Of a DNA stretch of 64,000 nt, positions 60,582 through 64,000 are shown in pieces; the first letter of the stretch is position 1; the number at the start of each line of letters is the position of its first letter. A program made the position numbers and the translations under genes. The stretch covers positions 128,001 to 192,000 of the forward strand of contig CBDBCZ010000017.1 in the NCBI GenBank assembly GCA_965203295.1. Direction: 5' to 3'. A model generated the notes under the pieces. It did no database searches, had not been told where the DNA came from, and worked only from the letters and a program-made list of their open reading frames with translations. Origin of the DNA: Nitrospirales bacterium (GTDB taxonomy: Bacteria; Nitrospirota; Nitrospiria; Nitrospirales; UBA8639).

Positions 60582-61318
60582 TGTAATCACAGTCGCCCAG
60601 TTCCAATTGCATGATGAATACTCTAATATAAATATGTCTCTAACCAGTAAACATATCAATGCTCCCACTCAATAGCCAGGTGAGAGGAGAAGCGTGTCAA
60701 TGGGTATGAAAGATGTTTCTCCTTAATAAGTGAGCAGCCAGCATGTACGTATGATGCTATATATACCTAACCTCGCACCCAGGCCTCCTACCCAGATATT
60801 ATTTCACAGCTGCTACTGTTCTTCAAGGCTGTGGGGATAAAGTCTAGGTGGAAGGCCTGGGTATAATGTGTGAAGTTCTTCGTCCATATCCAAGCTTGTC
60901 AGTGGGTAGAGTGTAGTAGTTGGTGAGAGAAGATTGTGAGTAAATTGTAATCACAGTCGCCCAGTTCCAATTGCATGATGAATACTATAATATAAATATG
61001 TCGCTAACCAGTAAACATATCAAATTACAGTGCTCCCACTCAATAGCCAGGTGAGAGGAGAAGCGTGTCAATGGGTATGAAAGATGTTTCTCCTTAATAA
61101 GTGAGCAGCCAGCATGTACGTATGATGCTATACCTAACCTCGCACCCAGGCCTCCTACCCAGATATTATTTCACAGCTGCTACTGTTCTTCAAGGGTGTG
61201 GGGATAAAGTCTACGTAGGTGGAAGGCCTGGGTATAGTGTGTGAAGTTCTTCGTCCATACCCAAGCTTATCAGTGGGTACAGTGTAGTAGTTATAGTGAG
61301 AGAAGATTGTGAGTAAAT
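60582..61318. repeat. About 365-bp tandem duplication including a degenerate MITE
   Basis: TGTAATCACAGTCGCCCAGTTCC...GAGAAGATTGTGAGTAAATTG occurs twice. Confidence 0.85.
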
Positions 61319-62366
61319 TGAGACACGGCGGTAAAACTACCATTAGTAGTAAGAGAAGCTAGTCATTGGGTAAATTTTACTGGACCCGGTATAGAAAAAC
61401 ATGCTTGTTACTGTATCACTACTAATGAGAGATACTTGTTAATGGTAGCCTCTACTATAATATCTTGTCAGTGAGTAATTCATCCTTGAAGTATTTGTTA
61501 GACATAATTATGCTTGTTGGTAATGTATAATGAGACATGCTTTTCATGGGTAAACTCTACCAGTACTAATGAGTGAAGCCTGTCAATGGATAAGTCATCC
61601 TTGAAGTATTTGTTTAGACATGCTTGTCAATGGGCAAAGTCTACCTTCTCAATGGGTATAGTTTACTTGTAAAATGAGACATGCTAGCATCTTCTCGCAC
61701 TTAATATACACTTAATGTACAGACATGTGGTACTTAATTTAATTGACCTGTGACATGTGGTACTTGATTTAATTGACCTGTGACCGTAAACTTTGCTGGT
61801 CACTGGTAAAAATTCATCCGGGAGCGCGCACATGCGGCTTCTGTTTCCGTTTTTCACACATACGCGCAGACAAACACACATGCACGCACGCACGAACAGA
61901 CACAACCAGGCGTAATAATAGATAATGAGACATGCCTTTCATGCGTGAGTAAAGTCTACCAGTACTAATGAGAGAAGCTGGTCAGTGGGTAAGTCATCCT
62001 TGATCAGGACGTATTTGTCAGAGCTTCACTAGTACGACCAGACTGGGTCGACACTTTTGAGTGTGCATATCTCAAAAACTAAACAGCTCACTTAATCCAG
62101 TGTTCTAGCCAGAGACAACTGCAAAGAGCAGTGCTTTCTCAGAGATCAAAGCATAACTGTGGTTTAATTACATTCTTTCAACCACATCAAAAGAAAATTG
62201 TATATCTCAGAGCGGTGCAGCACCGCTCTTCCGCTCTTTAGCTAGAACACTGCTTAGTCTCTTCCCAATGAATACTACAAGAGGTGATTGCCCACAGGAG
62301 AAGGCAAATAGGCAGTGGCTCTCAAGTACTTACATTGTAATTAGGTTAGGCAGAGGCTACAGTTAA

Positions 62367-62752
62367 TAGGGGTGAGCCGATTATGCCAGCATTAAAATGA
62401 GCATAATAGGTACACTAAAGCATTGAGCATAATGCGAGCATAGTAGGTATATTTCTTGGGGAATTACGTCATTTAATCAATGTGTAGCGGAAACTCAGTA
62501 AGCTACCAATGTCTTACTGTCAAACCTTGAGGGGATTGGTCCAATATCAGCAAATATACTAAAATTATGAAAATACGCACCACCCAAGCATACTTGAAAC
62601 AGTCCAGATGGTTGGTTTTCACTGTGAGGGTCACATTTAATGAGCATAATTTGAGCATAATAGGGGCATTTGTTGAGCATAATAGGAAGATTTTTGGAGC
62701 AGTGCAGCATAACATAATAGGTCATTTATTGAGCATAATAGACTCAGCCCTA
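62367..62752. mobile_element. hAT-like MITE
   Basis: TAGGGGTGAGCCGATTATGC / GCATAATAGACTCAGCCCTA ends; GAGCATAAT subterminal repeats. Confidence 0.65.
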
Positions 62753-63104
62753 CTACAGTACAGTTTCTACAACAACTTTCATCTGCCTTATTGCAGGACC
62801 TGCACAATTAACATATCTAAAAGTCAAGACCATCAGAAATTCTATGCTCACCAGTACGGAAAGCTTACAAAAGGCACTAGCAGACATAAACTGCCTAACT
62901 GGCTACTTGGTCTAATTAGTGCTCTAGATGAAAGGGTTAGCACATACGTTTTGTGGTTCAGTGTTCTGGGTTAAAGAGTGGCACTCCACCACCACTTAGG
63001 TATATAATTTCTTTTGATGCGTTTGGAAGAATGTATTTAAAACCACAGCTATGCTTTGAACTCTGAGCACAGCACTGCTCTTTATAACAGTGGTTTTTGG
63101 CTAA

Positions 63105-63612
63105 ACCACTGTGGTCTCATACTCCTAGCAATCTTCGGCGAACTTCTATAACCCTTGAAGTGTGGTGGTGTACACGACACTGAGGAGTCGATGTTAGCTT
63201 TGGCTAGAACACTGTGGTCTCATACTCCTAGCAATCTTCCGCAAACTTCTATAACCCTTGAAGTGTGGTGGTGTACACGACACTGAGGAGTCGATGTTAG
63301 CTTTAGCTAGAACACTGTGGTCTCATACTCCTAGCAATCTTCGGCGAACTTCTATAACCCTTGAAGTGTGGTGGTGTACACGACACTGAGGAGTCGATGT
63401 TAGCTTTAGCTAGAACACTGTGGTCTCACACTCCTAGCAATCTTCGGCAAACTTCTATAACCCTTGAAGTGTGGTGGTGTACACGACACTGAGGAGTCGA
63501 TGTTAGCTTTAGCTAGAACACTGTGGTCTCACACTCCTAGCAATCTTCGGCAAACTTCTATAACCCTCAAAGTGTGGTGGTGTACACGACACTGAGGAGT
63601 CGATGTTAGCTT
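63105..63612. repeat. 103-bp tandem repeat, about 5 copies
   Basis: ACTGTGGTCTCA starts at 63108, 63211, 63314 and onward. Confidence 0.92.
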
Positions 63613-64000
63613 CAAAGCGAAGGGAACTGGATATAGCAAGCAGGTGGTAGTGTTCAGTAGTCACGCAGCCTGCAATGAATACCGCAGTGACCTAGCATGT
63701 ACATACGTGTTTAAGCTGAAGATCAGGTGATGCTGAGTCGGCAATTACAATTACAAGGGCATGTGACTGTATTCTTCCTGCTCTCGTGTGGTATTGATTA
63801 CAGTTGTTTACTTACAGTCTAGCAGGTCCCAAAATCGACCCAAACCAAACCATGTAAGGACAGCCATCACTGAATTACACAATACCCGTAAAACAAATGC
63901 CTTATTAGGTAGGAACACCACTCGCACTAGCCCACATTGTATGATACTCTAAACAAATCTCCAAGTTTGTGTCTGAAAACTTCTCTGTTCATAAGTTTTT

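Overview
Intron-rich, repeat-rich animal genomic DNA, most likely from a sponge or other early-branching metazoan (inferred from gene content and repeat style only). Genes, left to right: the 5' part of an aromatic amino acid hydroxylase (PAH/TH/TPH family, minus, missed by the ORF track, runs off the left edge); an intronless carbonyl reductase; an internally deleted Helitron with nested relatives; an intronless NNMT/PNMT/INMT-family methyltransferase; HINT (HINT2-like); iodotyrosine deiodinase (IYD); a tandem pair of two-exon genes resembling a bacterial hypothetical protein family; and exostosin EXT2 (15 coding exons seen, 3' end not found) with an intronless aequorin/obelin-like EF-hand gene nested antisense in one intron. 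Main observations: (1) four aromatic-amino-acid/amine-modifying enzymes clustered on one strand within about 20 kb; (2) the nested photoprotein-like gene; (3) the possibly horizontally acquired gene pair; (4) recurrent tandem arrays that amplify exon ends together with their splice donors; (5) a MITE that supplies the carbonyl reductase stop codon. All family assignments come from manual reading and remembered motifs, not database searches.
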